From positions 12,627 to 76,626 of the forward strand of contig CAVWUI010000010.1 in the NCBI GenBank assembly GCA_963758175.1: 64,000 nucleotides of DNA, written 5' to 3'. The translations under genes were made by a program, and so were the position numbers. This document shows, one piece after another, positions 29,013-40,769 of this stretch. Position 1 is the first letter of the stretch. Each line of letters begins with the position of its first letter. This DNA is from an uncultured Verrucomicrobiae bacterium. GTDB taxonomy: Bacteria; Verrucomicrobiota; Verrucomicrobiia; Verrucomicrobiales; Akkermansiaceae. Under the pieces are notes generated by a model. The model made no database searches. It was not told the DNA's origin and saw only the letters and a program-made list of their open reading frames with translations.

Positions 29013-30167
29013 TCAGCCCCTGCTAGTGGCTCGGAATCTCCTCGGAGTGCAACCTTTGGCCTTGCGGAAGGCTTCCGAGAAACGGCTGGCATCGCCGAAG
29101 CCGCAACGTTCGCCGATCTCCGCTACGGACTTGTCGGATCGGTGAAGCATTTCGCACGCGGCCTCGATCCTGGTTCTGCGTATCTCCGCGAAAACTCCCC
29201 GTCCCATCACCTTCGCAAAGCGTTTCTCCAGCACCCTGCGAGAGACACCGCATCCTGCGGCGGTCGCGTCCACGGTGAGTCCCCCGAGTGTCTCGTCGCG
29301 GATCAGGCGCAGCGCTTTTTCCACAACTTCGTCACCGTTCACGAAAATGCTCGTGCTGTGGCGCTCATTGAATCCGGCTGCGGGAAGCACGGTCTCTCCG
29401 ACCCCCCGCCCGGACAGGAGATCTTCGAGCAATTTCACAGCCTCCAGCGCGACTGCCTGCCCGTCGAATTTCATCGCGCTCATCTCCGGGACGGTGAAAC
29501 CGCACAGCAACTCATCCCCGCCCACGGCGATGACGGACACATCCTCCGGAACCCTGAGCCCGAAATGCATACAGGCCGCCAGCAACCCTACTCCGGCCGG
29601 ATCGCAATCAGCCATGATCCCCACAGGTTTCTCAAGACCGCGCAACCAATCTTCAATGGCAGGATCCGCGAGATTCGCATCCCCCGGCGCGAAATCGACC
29701 CTCCGCACTGAGAAGACCGGGCACTGGGCTCCGGTTTCTCCGATTGTTTCCCGGAAACCCGCAACCCTCTCTCTGGAATACGATGGAAAAGCATCAATCC
29801 GATCCGCATAGATGGCGAAACTCCGGTAACCCCGGGATAGGAAAAGATCCGCGATATCCGTGCCGATCTTGTGATTGTCATACCAGACATGCGGGTGATC
29901 TTTCTCCTTCACGTTTCCGAGAAACACCTTGGGAATATCGAAAGATGCCGCGACAGCTAAATCCTCCGGTCCATCCGCCCACACCATCATCGCATCCGGC
30001 GCCGTCCACAGATACGCGGTCTTCTGATCAAGCACATTTCCCATCAGACAGATCTCCCAGTCACCGCGATCTGCCAGTAGACTTTGAGCCGCAAGGATGA
30101 TGTCCCTTTTGATCCCTTGATTCTCACGGATCAAAAGTCCCAGGTATTTCCGTTTCCGGCACTCCAT
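29013..30167 (-). CDS. XylR-type regulator (LacI-like sensor plus AraC HTH)
   Basis: VPEDVSVI, ERHST linker, SRRVLEKRF, GFGDASRFSEAFRKAKGCTPRRFR. Confidence 0.9.
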   Translation of the reverse strand: MECRKRKYLGLLIRENQGIKRDIILAAQSLLADRGDWEICLMGNVLDQKTAYLWTAPDAMMVWADGPEDLAVAASFDIPKVFLGNVKEKDHPHVWYDNHKIGTDIADLFLSRGYRSFAIYADRIDAFPSYSRERVAGFRETIGETGAQCPVFSVRRVDFAPGDANLADPAIEDWLRGLEKPVGIMADCDPAGVGLLAACMHFGLRVPEDVSVIAVGGDELLCGFTVPEMSAMKFDGQAVALEAVKLLEDLLSGRGVGETVLPAAGFNERHSTSIFVNGDEVVEKALRLIRDETLGGLTVDATAAGCGVSRRVLEKRFAKVMGRGVFAEIRRTRIEAACEMLHRSDKSVAEIGERCGFGDASRFSEAFRKAKGCTPRRFRATSRG

Positions 30168-30369
30168 GTGTTCGTAAATGCGATAGTTTTATGCGCGATC
30201 TGACCTAGATTTGGCAAGAAGAAGTCGGCAGTGTAAATCCATCAGCCATGCAAAAACCAGGTCTGCTCCTCCGTCGCCGCAGATAGGCAAATCTGCTTTT
30301 ACTTCCCTTCGTCTCCATCCCATCCCTTCTTACCGGAAGGGATTTGTTTCCATCCAATCCAACCCATTC

Positions 30370-32787
30370 ATGAAAACCACTCTTCTGCTGGCCTTCGCCA
30401 CCGTCGCCTCCTGTTTCGCCGACCCAGTCTCACTTTCCGGAATTTATCCCCATCTCGCCTTTTTCAATGACGAGCGCGAGTGCGGCACCGGGGCTGTCGT
30501 GCCATGGGCTGACAGGCTGTGGGTTGTCACATACGCCCCCCATTCCCCGGAAGGCTCCACGGACAAGCTCTACGAAATCACCCCGGATCTCGAACTGATC
30601 GTCCGCCCGGAATCCATCGGTGGCACACCGGCGAACCGCATGATCCACGACGAGTCCGGCCAGCTTTTCATCGGCCCGCACGCGATTGATGAGGAAAGGA
30701 ACGTCCGCACCATCCCTTATACTGAAATGTTCGGACGCCCAACGGGAAATGCCCGCCACCTCACCGATCCTGAGGGGAAGATTTACTACGCTACGATGGA
30801 AGAGGGAATTTACGAGGTTGATGTGGAAACGCTGGCTGCCACGGAACTCTTCGCGGATGAGGCGAAGAAAGGCCGTCCCCGTTATGCGGATCTTCCAGGC
30901 TACCATGGAAAGGGTCTCTACAGCGGCCAGGGTCTGCTGGTTTACGCGAACAACGGGACACGAGAAAAAAACCGACTCACCGATCCCTCCATCACTTCCG
31001 GAGTCCTTGCGACCTGGGACGGAAAAGGGGAATCCTTCAACCAGATCCGTGAGAACCAGTTCACGGATGTCACCGGTCCCGGAGGAATCCATGGCTCCAA
31101 GAACCCGGAGAGCGACCCGATATGGGCTCTCGGATGGGATCACCGCTCCGTGATCCTCATGGTGATGGAAGACCGGAGATGGACCAGCTACAGGCTTCCG
31201 AAAGGCTCCCACTCCTACGATGGCGCGCATGGTTGGAACACCGAATGGCCTCGCATCCGAGAGATCGGCGAAGGCGAGGATTTCCTGATGACGATGCACG
31301 GCACCTTCTGGAAATTTCCTTCCACCTTCACATCCGGAAATTCGGCAGGAATCCGCCCCCGCTCGAACTATCTGAAAGTAATCGGCGATTTCGCCAGATG
31401 GAAGGATCACGTCGTCTTCGGTTGCGATGACACCGCGAATTCCGAGTTCACCAACAAACGCGCGGCCAAAGGCGAGGTCGCCGCCCCGCAATCCCAATCG
31501 AACCTGTGGTTCGTCGCACCGGAAAAACTGGATGACATTGGTCCGCTCATCGGGCGCGGCGCGGTGTGGATCCGTGATGTGGTGGAGAAGGACAGACCCT
31601 CGGATCCTTATTTGTTTTCCGGTTACGATCTGCGTGGCGCGCACCTCTCCCACGGATCGGACACGGAGATCACCTATTCCTTCGAAGTGGATGAGAAAGG
31701 GGATGGAAATTGGAAACCTCTTTCCGATGTGAAAGTCCCCGCCGGAAAATCCGTCTTCCATGAGTTCCCTGCCGATCAGAAGGGCGAGTGGTTGCGTGCG
31801 AAAATTTCCGCGAACGCGCGGAACGTGAACTCCGCATTCCTTTTCCGGAATCACGACAAACGCGCCAACGAGGCTGACGAAGTCTTCGCCGGTCTCGCTG
31901 AAAGCCCCGAACCGAGTGTGACCGGAGGAACCATCAGGGCTCGCGACAAGAATGAGCGAACCCTCGCCTTCGCCGCGAAATCCACTGACGGAACCGATGT
32001 CGGCTACTATGAGTTGGACGGTGAACTGAACCTGAAACTGACCGATGATCCCAAGGCTCACGAGTTTCAGAAAACAAAGGCGGCGATCCCCGAAACGAAG
32101 AAATTCCTCACCCATGACGCGGCATCCGTCATCTTTACTGATGACAGCGGCGACCGTTGGCGATTCCCTAGATCCACCGACGCATATGACGACGGCGGCA
32201 TCTTCGGCAACTACCGGGTCGCCCGCGAGGTCGCCACGGAGCGCGACATGTTCCACGCTTTTGGCACCTTCTATGAACTCCCGGCGAACAATGCCGGCGG
32301 TTTCTCCAAAGTCCGCCCCATCACCACGCACAACCGCATGATACAGGATTTCTGCTCCTACCGCGGCTTGCTTGTTCTCACAGGCACCAGTCTGAACAGC
32401 TCCGCCCACAACGAGCACCTGATCCGCTCGGATGACGGCAAGACAGCCCTATGGGCCGGAGCCGTCGATGATCTTTGGAAATTCGGCAAACCACGTGGCA
32501 AAGGCGGCCCTTGGAAAGGCACCACCGTCGAGGCTGGCAAGTTTTCCGATCCTTATCTGATGACCGGCTACGACAGGAAGTCGCTCACCCTCTCCGCCGA
32601 CAAGGACACGGTGATCACCGCCGAGATCGACATTTCCGGGGACGGGAACTGGGTCGTGTGTGAGACCTTCGACGTGAAAGCCGGCGAGTCGCTCTCGAAA
32701 GTGTTTCCCGAAGCGTTCTCCGCCTATTGGATTCGCTTCAGGTCGTCAGTCGCCTGCGCCGCGACGGCACAGTTGACCTACGAGTGA
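30370..32787 (+). CDS. Large secreted protein of unknown function (about 805 aa, beta-rich)
   Basis: Signal peptide MKTTLLLAFATVASCFA; internally repeated SDPYL.SGYD...D..GDGNW module; divergent from the XylR-type regulator. Confidence 0.85.
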   Translation: MKTTLLLAFATVASCFADPVSLSGIYPHLAFFNDERECGTGAVVPWADRLWVVTYAPHSPEGSTDKLYEITPDLELIVRPESIGGTPANRMIHDESGQLFIGPHAIDEERNVRTIPYTEMFGRPTGNARHLTDPEGKIYYATMEEGIYEVDVETLAATELFADEAKKGRPRYADLPGYHGKGLYSGQGLLVYANNGTREKNRLTDPSITSGVLATWDGKGESFNQIRENQFTDVTGPGGIHGSKNPESDPIWALGWDHRSVILMVMEDRRWTSYRLPKGSHSYDGAHGWNTEWPRIREIGEGEDFLMTMHGTFWKFPSTFTSGNSAGIRPRSNYLKVIGDFARWKDHVVFGCDDTANSEFTNKRAAKGEVAAPQSQSNLWFVAPEKLDDIGPLIGRGAVWIRDVVEKDRPSDPYLFSGYDLRGAHLSHGSDTEITYSFEVDEKGDGNWKPLSDVKVPAGKSVFHEFPADQKGEWLRAKISANARNVNSAFLFRNHDKRANEADEVFAGLAESPEPSVTGGTIRARDKNERTLAFAAKSTDGTDVGYYELDGELNLKLTDDPKAHEFQKTKAAIPETKKFLTHDAASVIFTDDSGDRWRFPRSTDAYDDGGIFGNYRVAREVATERDMFHAFGTFYELPANNAGGFSKVRPITTHNRMIQDFCSYRGLLVLTGTSLNSSAHNEHLIRSDDGKTALWAGAVDDLWKFGKPRGKGGPWKGTTVEAGKFSDPYLMTGYDRKSLTLSADKDTVITAEIDISGDGNWVVCETFDVKAGESLSKVFPEAFSAYWIRFRSSVACAATAQLTYE

Positions 32788-32910
32788 TTGCCCGGCGGGT
32801 TATTTTCCCGGCGGTCAGATTGCGGAATGTTGTCACGAAAGGATACGCCGTTTCCTGATCGGCAATGGGCTGGATTTATCTGACAAGAACCAAAGCGGAG
32901 ACCAGGTGTA

Positions 32911-34800
32911 TCACTCCTCTTCTTTCCCGTCGTCTCCGCTGAGCAACTTGAAAGGCAGTTTCAAACCTTCCTTGATAACTGTCCCGGTGACTTTCCCTGT
33001 CTCTTCCATTGTCTCCACGGCCTCGCCCACTGTGCCGGAAACGGTGGCGGAGGCAAGTTTCGCGGGGCCGAGCGGTTTGACACGGATGTCATCGTATGGC
33101 CCGGAAACCTCCATTTCCAGAAGGCGGCTGAGAGGCGACGTGACGAGACCCGGCAGACCGACGAGCTTTCCGCGTGCTCTTCCTTGTACCCGCTTCTTTT
33201 GAAGATCGATCTCGCCCTCCGCGCTGACCGTGAGGGATTTTCCGCCCTTGGCCTCGAAACGTGTCACCCGCACCTTTCCGGGATTGGCATCGAAATCTGC
33301 CTCGAACTCGCCACCAGTCTCCATTTCCAGGCCGGGAACCATGGAAATGAAGAGCGCGTAGGCCTGGTCGAGCAAGGGCACTTGCACCACAGGCGCATCC
33401 GTCATCCGCATGGTGCCGCTGCCATCCCAGTCCTTCTCTCCGGGGGCGATGGTGCCTTTGAAATGACCTGTGAGTCGTCCCGAGGTTTTTCCCGTCTTCC
33501 CTTCGAAGGTTCGGCGCACCTCCTTGACATTGACACCCGCGATATCGATTCGGGCGTTCCGCAGCACTCCCTCCTTGTAACTGCCGGTAAGGCCCACGGT
33601 GCCACCGAACATCTCCGCCTCTGAATTCTCCACGATCCAGCTCTCCCCGTTGTGGCTGCCCGTTGCGGAGAAGTCTCTGGCCTCGACCATACGGCCGTCG
33701 AGATCGAACTCAACCGGATCAGGGCTTTCGATGGAGATGGATCCGACGGTCAGCTTCCTATGTCCATCCTCCTCCCATGCTTTCAGGTTCTTCACCTTCA
33801 GGTGGGGAAATGACGCGAAGCGAATCTTTTTCGGGCGTTCGTTTTTCATTGCGGGAACATCTTTGGAAAGCTCCCAGAGATCGGCGGAGCCTTCGAGCGA
33901 TTCCAGGGTAAGGATTCCTTTTGAAAACTTCGCTCTGAATTCGTCACTCGTGCCGGATGAATCGGAAATTTTTCCAGTGAAAGAGAAGGGGTTGTCCGAC
34001 TTCCCGGACCGGCTTGCCTTGCCTTCGACCGAGCCGTTCGTGGTAGTGAGACCGTATGAGATCTCCGCCCCCTCTGAGGAAAGTTTCCCTTCCGCGTCCG
34101 CACCAGTCCAGCGGACGCCTTTCCAAAGTAAGTCCCCGCCCCGTCCCTCCAGCCGCGTATCCCAAGCGACGGGAGATTTTCGCAAATCCACGTTGAAATC
34201 GCCCTTCACCGAGAACGAACTAGCTTCACCCTCCATATCCAGAACTCCGAAGGTCGAGTGGAACATTCGGAAATCGGGGTGATATACCTCCGGTTTGTCC
34301 GAGTTCGGAGGAAGTAGCAGCGTGCCTTCCAGATCCAGGGTGAGTCCCTTCCGGCCTATCACCATCTCTCCAATTTCCACTTCATCTTCCCGGATCGTCA
34401 TACTCGCGGAAATTTTATCCACGCGGATTGTCCCTCCTTTGTCCCGGAGAACCAGCGGCGAGCTGTCGATCGTGCAATCCAAGCTTCCATTGTCGCTGCC
34501 GAAATACACACCGAATGATGGTCGAAGGTTGATGGCTTCAATTTCCGCGAGGGGAGTTCCCGTCCCGCTGGTTTCACCGATCCGCAGCATCGTGAAACGC
34601 TGTCCGCGCCATGGATCCCACGAGGAGGTTTTCCAGGAAAGAGTCAGTCCGCGTTGTCCGGCTTTCTCCTTGAGAACGCTCTCCATTTTCGAGGAAACGA
34701 ATGGTCTGAGAGCGAGCACAGCCGCTATCGACAGGAGAAGGATGGTTCCCGCTACGATGATCCACGGCTTTCCGAGCAGGCGTTTTGATGGAGACCTCAT
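32911..34800 (-). CDS. AsmA-like (beta-groove) envelope protein
   Basis: N-terminal TM helix, long beta-rich body, MFGGTVGLTG and C-terminal LLEMEVSGPYDDI. Confidence 0.7.
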   Translation of the reverse strand: MRSPSKRLLGKPWIIVAGTILLLSIAAVLALRPFVSSKMESVLKEKAGQRGLTLSWKTSSWDPWRGQRFTMLRIGETSGTGTPLAEIEAINLRPSFGVYFGSDNGSLDCTIDSSPLVLRDKGGTIRVDKISASMTIREDEVEIGEMVIGRKGLTLDLEGTLLLPPNSDKPEVYHPDFRMFHSTFGVLDMEGEASSFSVKGDFNVDLRKSPVAWDTRLEGRGGDLLWKGVRWTGADAEGKLSSEGAEISYGLTTTNGSVEGKASRSGKSDNPFSFTGKISDSSGTSDEFRAKFSKGILTLESLEGSADLWELSKDVPAMKNERPKKIRFASFPHLKVKNLKAWEEDGHRKLTVGSISIESPDPVEFDLDGRMVEARDFSATGSHNGESWIVENSEAEMFGGTVGLTGSYKEGVLRNARIDIAGVNVKEVRRTFEGKTGKTSGRLTGHFKGTIAPGEKDWDGSGTMRMTDAPVVQVPLLDQAYALFISMVPGLEMETGGEFEADFDANPGKVRVTRFEAKGGKSLTVSAEGEIDLQKKRVQGRARGKLVGLPGLVTSPLSRLLEMEVSGPYDDIRVKPLGPAKLASATVSGTVGEAVETMEETGKVTGTVIKEGLKLPFKLLSGDDGKEEE

Positions 34801-34927
34801 GAGCGCGAAATGATATGGTGAGCGGAGTATCTTCCGCTACCACCCAATCGCACGCGATTTGTTGGCGCGCAACAAGTGCCGCTCGGAAACGCACCGCCGC
34901 ACCATGGTCAAGGGGCGAAGCCGCGGG

Positions 34928-35725
34928 TCAGCTTTCGTCTCCGAAATTTCCGTAAATCGCTAGCACTCCGCAATAGATCGAATAGCAGACGAGTCCGCAC
35001 GCGGTGAGGCCGAGGAGTATCGCCCCGTAGCTCTGCCCGGCGATTTTTCCGAGGGCTTCGCCAATTCCCTTTGCCTCGGACGGATCGGATTGCACCGCCG
35101 CGATCAGAAGGAACATCCCTATCACCGGGAAGACAACCCCCCGCGAGATGAGACCGAACTTCGCGGATTTCTCGATCCAGCCGCGTTTCGACGCCGCGAA
35201 GGAATCGAGACTGAACTTCTGGCGATAGGTTCCCTTGATTGCTTTCACCCACTGGAACACACCGGCGATGATGATCCCGATCGCCACCGCGCCGACGAGG
35301 AAAATCCCGCCCGGGATGTCCAGTGCCTTTGATGTCATCTCCTTCTCACTCCCGCCGGAGCCGCCGCCGAGTCCGGTCAGAGCCGTGACGCCGAGAGCGC
35401 CGTAGACAAGCCCGCTGGCGAAATAGCCAGCACGCTTCGCGATCCCGCTCCCATCCGACCCTTCGTTCTCGCAGTCCAGGATAGCACACAGAATCCTGAA
35501 AGCGGAGTATGCGAGCAATCCGACACCAAGTATCACGAGCAACGCCGTGCCGAATGGTTTCGAAGACAGCTCCCGGAGCGCTCCGGAAGAACCGATCAGA
35601 TCACCGCCTTTCCCAAGCGCTGCCAACAGAGCCATGATTCCTATCGTAAGATACACCACGCCCTTCGCTGCGTAGCCTGTGCGGGCAAGTGGTCCGATCC
35701 AGGGGCGGGAAGTTTTGGAATTCAT
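34928..35725 (-). CDS. DUF1206 membrane protein
   Basis: LARTGYAAKGVVY...PFGTALL; repeated FGLISRGVVF...YGAILL; 6 TM helices. Confidence 0.85.
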   Translation of the reverse strand: MNSKTSRPWIGPLARTGYAAKGVVYLTIGIMALLAALGKGGDLIGSSGALRELSSKPFGTALLVILGVGLLAYSAFRILCAILDCENEGSDGSGIAKRAGYFASGLVYGALGVTALTGLGGGSGGSEKEMTSKALDIPGGIFLVGAVAIGIIIAGVFQWVKAIKGTYRQKFSLDSFAASKRGWIEKSAKFGLISRGVVFPVIGMFLLIAAVQSDPSEAKGIGEALGKIAGQSYGAILLGLTACGLVCYSIYCGVLAIYGNFGDES

Positions 35726-35868
35726 ATCGCTCCCAGCATTCACGTCGGAGAGGTTTCGGAAAGCCGGAAGTTGGAGCCGACTGTCATTCACCAGCCTGTG
35801 CGTCAACAGTCTTACATCCTTGACTGTCCGGGATGCCAAATGTTAGATATTCATTCTGGGAGTTTTCC

Positions 35869-38800
35869 ATGAGCCAGACTTTTCAAATCCAACTTCTCGG
35901 GGCGGCCTTGCTGGCAGCGGCGGGATGTCTCTTCGCCCAGCAGATCGATGACGACGGCAACGGTCTCAGCGACATATGGGAAGCCGCGCACGGGGGGACA
36001 CTGCTACCTGATGTGGATCAGGACGGGGACGGCTTCACCAATCTCCAGGAAGCCGCATGCGGAACCGATCCTGCCAACAGCGCCTCCTATCCTTTCATCC
36101 GCGAGGTGCGGCCTGGAAGCGACGGTCGGGTCACGAACGTTTGGCCGACGGTCGCCGGCATCAGGTATCGTACCCTTGTCTCAACCGACATGCTGGTCTG
36201 GCAGCCGGTTGGCATTCCGATGACGGGAACCGGTGCGGACGTGAGCCAGATTCTGGAAATGTCCGCGACCATCCTCACGGGGGAGGCGAACTATCTGAAA
36301 TGGAATATGACGGGCAGTCTCACGACGCTCAAGCAATACGCCTCCAGCGGATCGCCAGCTCCGGATCTAACTTCGAAAATTTCATCGCTGAAAATCCTCC
36401 AGAGCGATCCGGACGCGAACAACTTCGGAGAACGCGTCACCGGTTGGATCGTGCCCACGGAGACTGGTGAGCACACCTTCTGGATTGCCGGAGACGATGC
36501 CTGCGATCTCTGGCTTTCTTCGGATGCCAGTGCCGTCAATAAGCGTATGGTCGCCTCCGTGCCCTCCTGGACGCGTCCCGGCGAGTGGGACCGTTCTCCC
36601 TTGCAGAAATCCTCAGGAATTCCCCTGCGTGCGGGGATTCCCTACTTTTTCGAAATTTTCCATAAGGAATACTCGAGCGGTGACCATGTGGAGGTGGCCT
36701 GGACTCGGCCTGGGCGTGATTCTGACACGCGGGAGGCCATCGGGTCGGAACACTTGTCATCATCGGCTGCCAGTCTCGCCGAAATCGCGGTCGGTGCGAA
36801 CGGCCTCTTTTTCCGACTGGAGGCATGGCAGGCGGATGGCGACGGGGACGGGGTGAGTGATTACGAGGAAATGCTTCTCGGCCTTGACCCGGGCGTTTCC
36901 ACATCGACACCGAGGCTTGCGGATATGGATGCGGCGCGGCGTATGCTCGCGAGTCCTAGCACGGTGAACGTCGGCGTCGCTATCGCGAGAGGTTACGAGG
37001 CGGGCGGCAAGGCGGCGGAATTCGTGGTTTTCCGCACCGGCGGTATCGCACCTGTCACCGTTCCATACACTGTTTCCGGAAACGCGGTTCCGGGTCGCGA
37101 TTACGTGGCGCTGTCCGGCTCGGTCAGTTTTCCAGCCGGGGCGCGTTCGGTCAGAATTCCCGTCGTCCCCCTGTCCGATTTTGAAACTGAGCCCGCCGAA
37201 ACCGTGTCCATCACGATTTCCTCCGGGACGGGATTCATCCTCGGCAGCCCTGTTGAAGCCAGCGTGACCATCGACGATTCGCCTGACGTCCTGCATGTGG
37301 CCCGGTTGCGAACTGCGCCGAACATCGCATCCGGTGGGTCGGGAACCGCCGCCGTGCGCAGGGATGGTAACTCTTTGGGAGCCACGGTTAGCCTCAGCTT
37401 CGGCGGACTGGGCAGCGAGGTGGATTCCGCGGAAATCTTCCACTCCTCAGATGGTCTGGGCGGCCCGACGGTTTTCACCTTTCCTCCTGATCAGGTGCAG
37501 GGCGGGGAATGGGATTTCAGCGAGGCCGGGGGTCTTTCCCGTGACGAAATTCTTGATGCCCTCGCGGCCGGAGGACTCTGGGTGCGCGTCAACACGACCG
37601 GAGCCGCTGGTGCGGAAATCACCGGCCAGCTCCTCTCCACCCCCGCCTGGCAGACCGCGCCGGAGATCAGTCCTGCTCCGCCCGCTCCGGCTATCGCCAC
37701 TGATACCGATGAGGCCGCGCGTTTCCTCACCCAGGCGACCTTCGGGCCCACCGCGTCGTCACAGGGCGCTCTTGTGGGAAATGGTTACGGTCAATGGATC
37801 GATTCCCAGCTTGTTCTCCCGCCGACCTACCACCATCCCGGCTACCTCGCCCGCCGAGACGAGCTGCTCGCCCGCGATGGAAAGGACGGCTGGCAGGCCG
37901 CGCAACCAGATCTGGTGGCAGCACGCCCTTACCGCACCCGACCAGCTCCGCCAGCGTATGGCTTTCGCGCTTAGCCAGATTTTCGTCATCTCGCAGTTCG
38001 GCGGACTGGACGGCAGCCATGAGGAAGTCACCCTCTACTATGACATGCTTCTGGAAAACGCGTTTGGAAACTACCGCGAGTTGCTGGAGGAGGTGACACT
38101 AAGCCCGGTGATGGGCACTTACCTGAGCATGATACGCAACCGGAAACCGGATCCCCTGACAGGGCACGAACCGGATGAGAACTATGCTCGCGAGATCATG
38201 CAGCTCATGTCCGTCGGCCTCAGTGAGACGCATATCGACGGCAGCCTGAAATTGGATGCGGAGGGTCTGCCCATCCCGACCTACACCCAGGAGGACACGG
38301 TCGGTCTCGCACACATTTTCACCGGATGGGGCCCGCATTTCGATCCCGCGAGTCCTCCCTTGTGGAACGATGGCAATATGGCCAGCCCACGCGACTGGTT
38401 CCGCTACGGAAATGACAGGACGAATCCGATGACTCTCTACCCGCCCGAGCACGACACCGCCACGCGGATTATTCTGGGAGGAAACGTTATCGCCGCCGGC
38501 ACCGATGGCGCGGGGCGGCTAAGTCAGGCTCTGGACGTCATTTCCAACCACCCCAATGTTGGCCCATTCATGGCAAAGCATCTCATTCAGAAATTCGTCA
38601 CCAGCAACCCAAGCCCCGGATACATCGCAAGGGTCGCCACAGTCTTCAACGACGACGGAACCGGTGTCCGGGGAAACCTCGGCGCGACTCTGAAAGCGGT
38701 GCTCCTCGATCACGAAGCCCGCGGCTTCGCCCCCCGTGCGAGTTTCAGTTTCGGGAAACCCTCCGAACCCATATTGCGCCTCACCCGCATGTTCCGCGCC

Positions 38801-39343
38801 ATCCCGGGCAATCTCCCGCGTGAGGAATCCGGCGATCCGTTTTATTATTTCAATTTCCAATACAGCCTCCCGGAGCAAGCCCCGCTCCTCTCCCCGTCAG
38901 TGTTCAATTTCTTCCAGCCCGGTTACTCGAACCCTGGCCGGATTGCCAGAGAGGGTCTTCTATCTCCCGAGTTCCAGATTTTCGGAGAGACCAATGCCCT
39001 GCGCCAGGCAAACCAGGTCTTCGGCGCGGTGAACTGGGGTATATATACCGGAGAACGCGATTCCAACGGCGACGGACTCCGATTCACCTTCGACTTCACC
39101 GCACTCGTGGAAATTCTCAACACCCCCGGCCTTACCCCGGTGGAGGCACAAGGGCTTCTGTTGGATCACCTCAACACCCTTCTCCTCTCGGGTACCATGA
39201 GCGCGGATCTTCGCGCGGAAATCCTCGCCGCCTACGCCGACCTCCCGAGCTGGTTCGATACCTCGTCCTCCCGTCAGACCAGCCGGGTACAGATGGCTCT
39301 GTATCTCATCCTGAACTCACCCGAATCTTTCGTCCAAAGATAA
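35869..39343 (+). CDS. Multidomain DUF1800 protein (DxDxDG repeats, PA14, Calx-beta, CHRD-like, DUF1800), frameshift at about 37900
   Basis: DQDGDGFTNLQE; PA14 GWIVPTETGEHTFWIAGDD; Calx-beta TVSGNAVPGRDY..LSGSVSF; AARFLTQATFGP; LRQRMAFALSQIFVIS; PDENYAREIMQL. Confidence 0.88.
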
Positions 39344-39347
39344 GCCC

Positions 39348-40769
39348 ATGAATCCTTATCCAAGAAACACGACACGTCGGGGCTTCCTCGGTCAGGCCGC
39401 CTGCGCCGGCCTCGGAATGACGGGTGTGTTCTCGACACTCGGCACCCTCCGATTGTTCAACGCCGCTCTCAGCGCGCAGGGAATTCCGGCTGGCGACGAT
39501 GACAAGAGCCTTGTGTGTCTGTTTCTCTTCGGCGGAAACGACGCGAACAATCTCCTCATCCCTCGCGACAACACATCGTATGCGAAGTATGCCTCGGATC
39601 GCGGCATACTCGCCCTCCCGCAGGAAAATCTCCTTCCGATTTCCCATACGGGCGGAGACGGAAGGGAATTCGGCCTCCACCCGTCCATGGCGCCGCTGCG
39701 ATCATTGTACGATGCGGGGAAAATGGCGATGGTCTGCAACGTCGGCACCCTGGTCGCGCCCATCACCAAGGCGGAATATCTCTCCGGCGGAGCCGCCATC
39801 CCGCCCCATCTTTTTTCGCACAACGACCAGCAGGTCCAATGGCAGACATCCGTTCCCGACTCCCCGAGAAAAGTCGGCTGGGGAGGACGCATCGCGGATC
39901 TTCTCAGCTATCACAACGCGGGCGCGGATCTCTCGATGAACATCTCCATCGCCGGATCGAATTTTTTCCAGGTCGGCGAGCAGGTTCAGCAATACCACGT
40001 CACGCCAAACGGCAGCATAGGCCTGGAAGGATCGGATCGCACCTACGCGCCCATGCCTCAGCTGTTCAACGCGAACTCACAGATGCTGGGACGCAGCTAT
40101 GGCCACGTTTTCGAGCAGGAGTATGCGAACGTGATGAAGCGCGGTATCAACAACGACCTCCTCCTGAAAAGCGCGATCGCGGGGAATCCTCTCCCTGGCG
40201 AGACCGGAAGCTTTCCCAACAGCCAGGATGGCCTTGGAAACCTGAGCAGGGTCGCCGGGCAGCTCCGCATGATCCTCCGGATGATCCATGCCCGAAACGC
40301 CCTGGGCATGAAACGCCAGATTTTCTTCGCCGCGCTTGGTGGGTTCGACACCCACGACGCGCAGCTCACCGACCATGCCGCGCTGCTTTCCGAGCTGAGC
40401 AACGGAATCGCCGATTTCCAGCAACACACCGAGGAGCTTGGCATCGCCGACAAGGTCACTCTTTATACGGCTTCCGATTTCAACCGCACCTACAACAGCA
40501 ACGGCAAAGGATCGGATCATGCCTGGGGCGGCCATCACATGATCGTCGGCGGCGCGGTGAACGGCGGGAATCTCTACGGCCAGGTTCCGAATCTGGAAAT
40601 CCGCCACGACGATACAGGCAGCCGGGGGAGTTGGATTCCGAAGGTCTCGACCGATGAAATGGCGGCGACGCTGGCCCGTTGGTTCGGAGTCTCGAATGCG
40701 GAGCTTCCGCTCGTGCTACCGAACATCGGACGATTCGCCATGCGTGACATGGGCTTCATGAAAGCATGA
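39348..40769 (+). CDS. DUF1501 protein with Tat signal (DUF1800 partner type)
   Basis: TRRGFL; LVCLFLFGGND..N; LFSHNDQQ; GGFDTH; SDFNRT; GSDHAWGG. Confidence 0.92.
   Translation: MNPYPRNTTRRGFLGQAACAGLGMTGVFSTLGTLRLFNAALSAQGIPAGDDDKSLVCLFLFGGNDANNLLIPRDNTSYAKYASDRGILALPQENLLPISHTGGDGREFGLHPSMAPLRSLYDAGKMAMVCNVGTLVAPITKAEYLSGGAAIPPHLFSHNDQQVQWQTSVPDSPRKVGWGGRIADLLSYHNAGADLSMNISIAGSNFFQVGEQVQQYHVTPNGSIGLEGSDRTYAPMPQLFNANSQMLGRSYGHVFEQEYANVMKRGINNDLLLKSAIAGNPLPGETGSFPNSQDGLGNLSRVAGQLRMILRMIHARNALGMKRQIFFAALGGFDTHDAQLTDHAALLSELSNGIADFQQHTEELGIADKVTLYTASDFNRTYNSNGKGSDHAWGGHHMIVGGAVNGGNLYGQVPNLEIRHDDTGSRGSWIPKVSTDEMAATLARWFGVSNAELPLVLPNIGRFAMRDMGFMKA

Noticed and set aside
30430-32418. Long antisense ORFs (also 12375-13541, 13939-15066, 25437-26501, 56251-57741, 58433-59632)
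   Set aside because: These are shadow ORFs opposite well-supported genes, expected from high-GC codon bias, and they show no motifs.
34866-34884. GGCAC...TTGC on the minus strand upstream of the AsmA-like gene as a sigma54 site
   Set aside because: The GG-GC spacing is 8 nt rather than the required 10.
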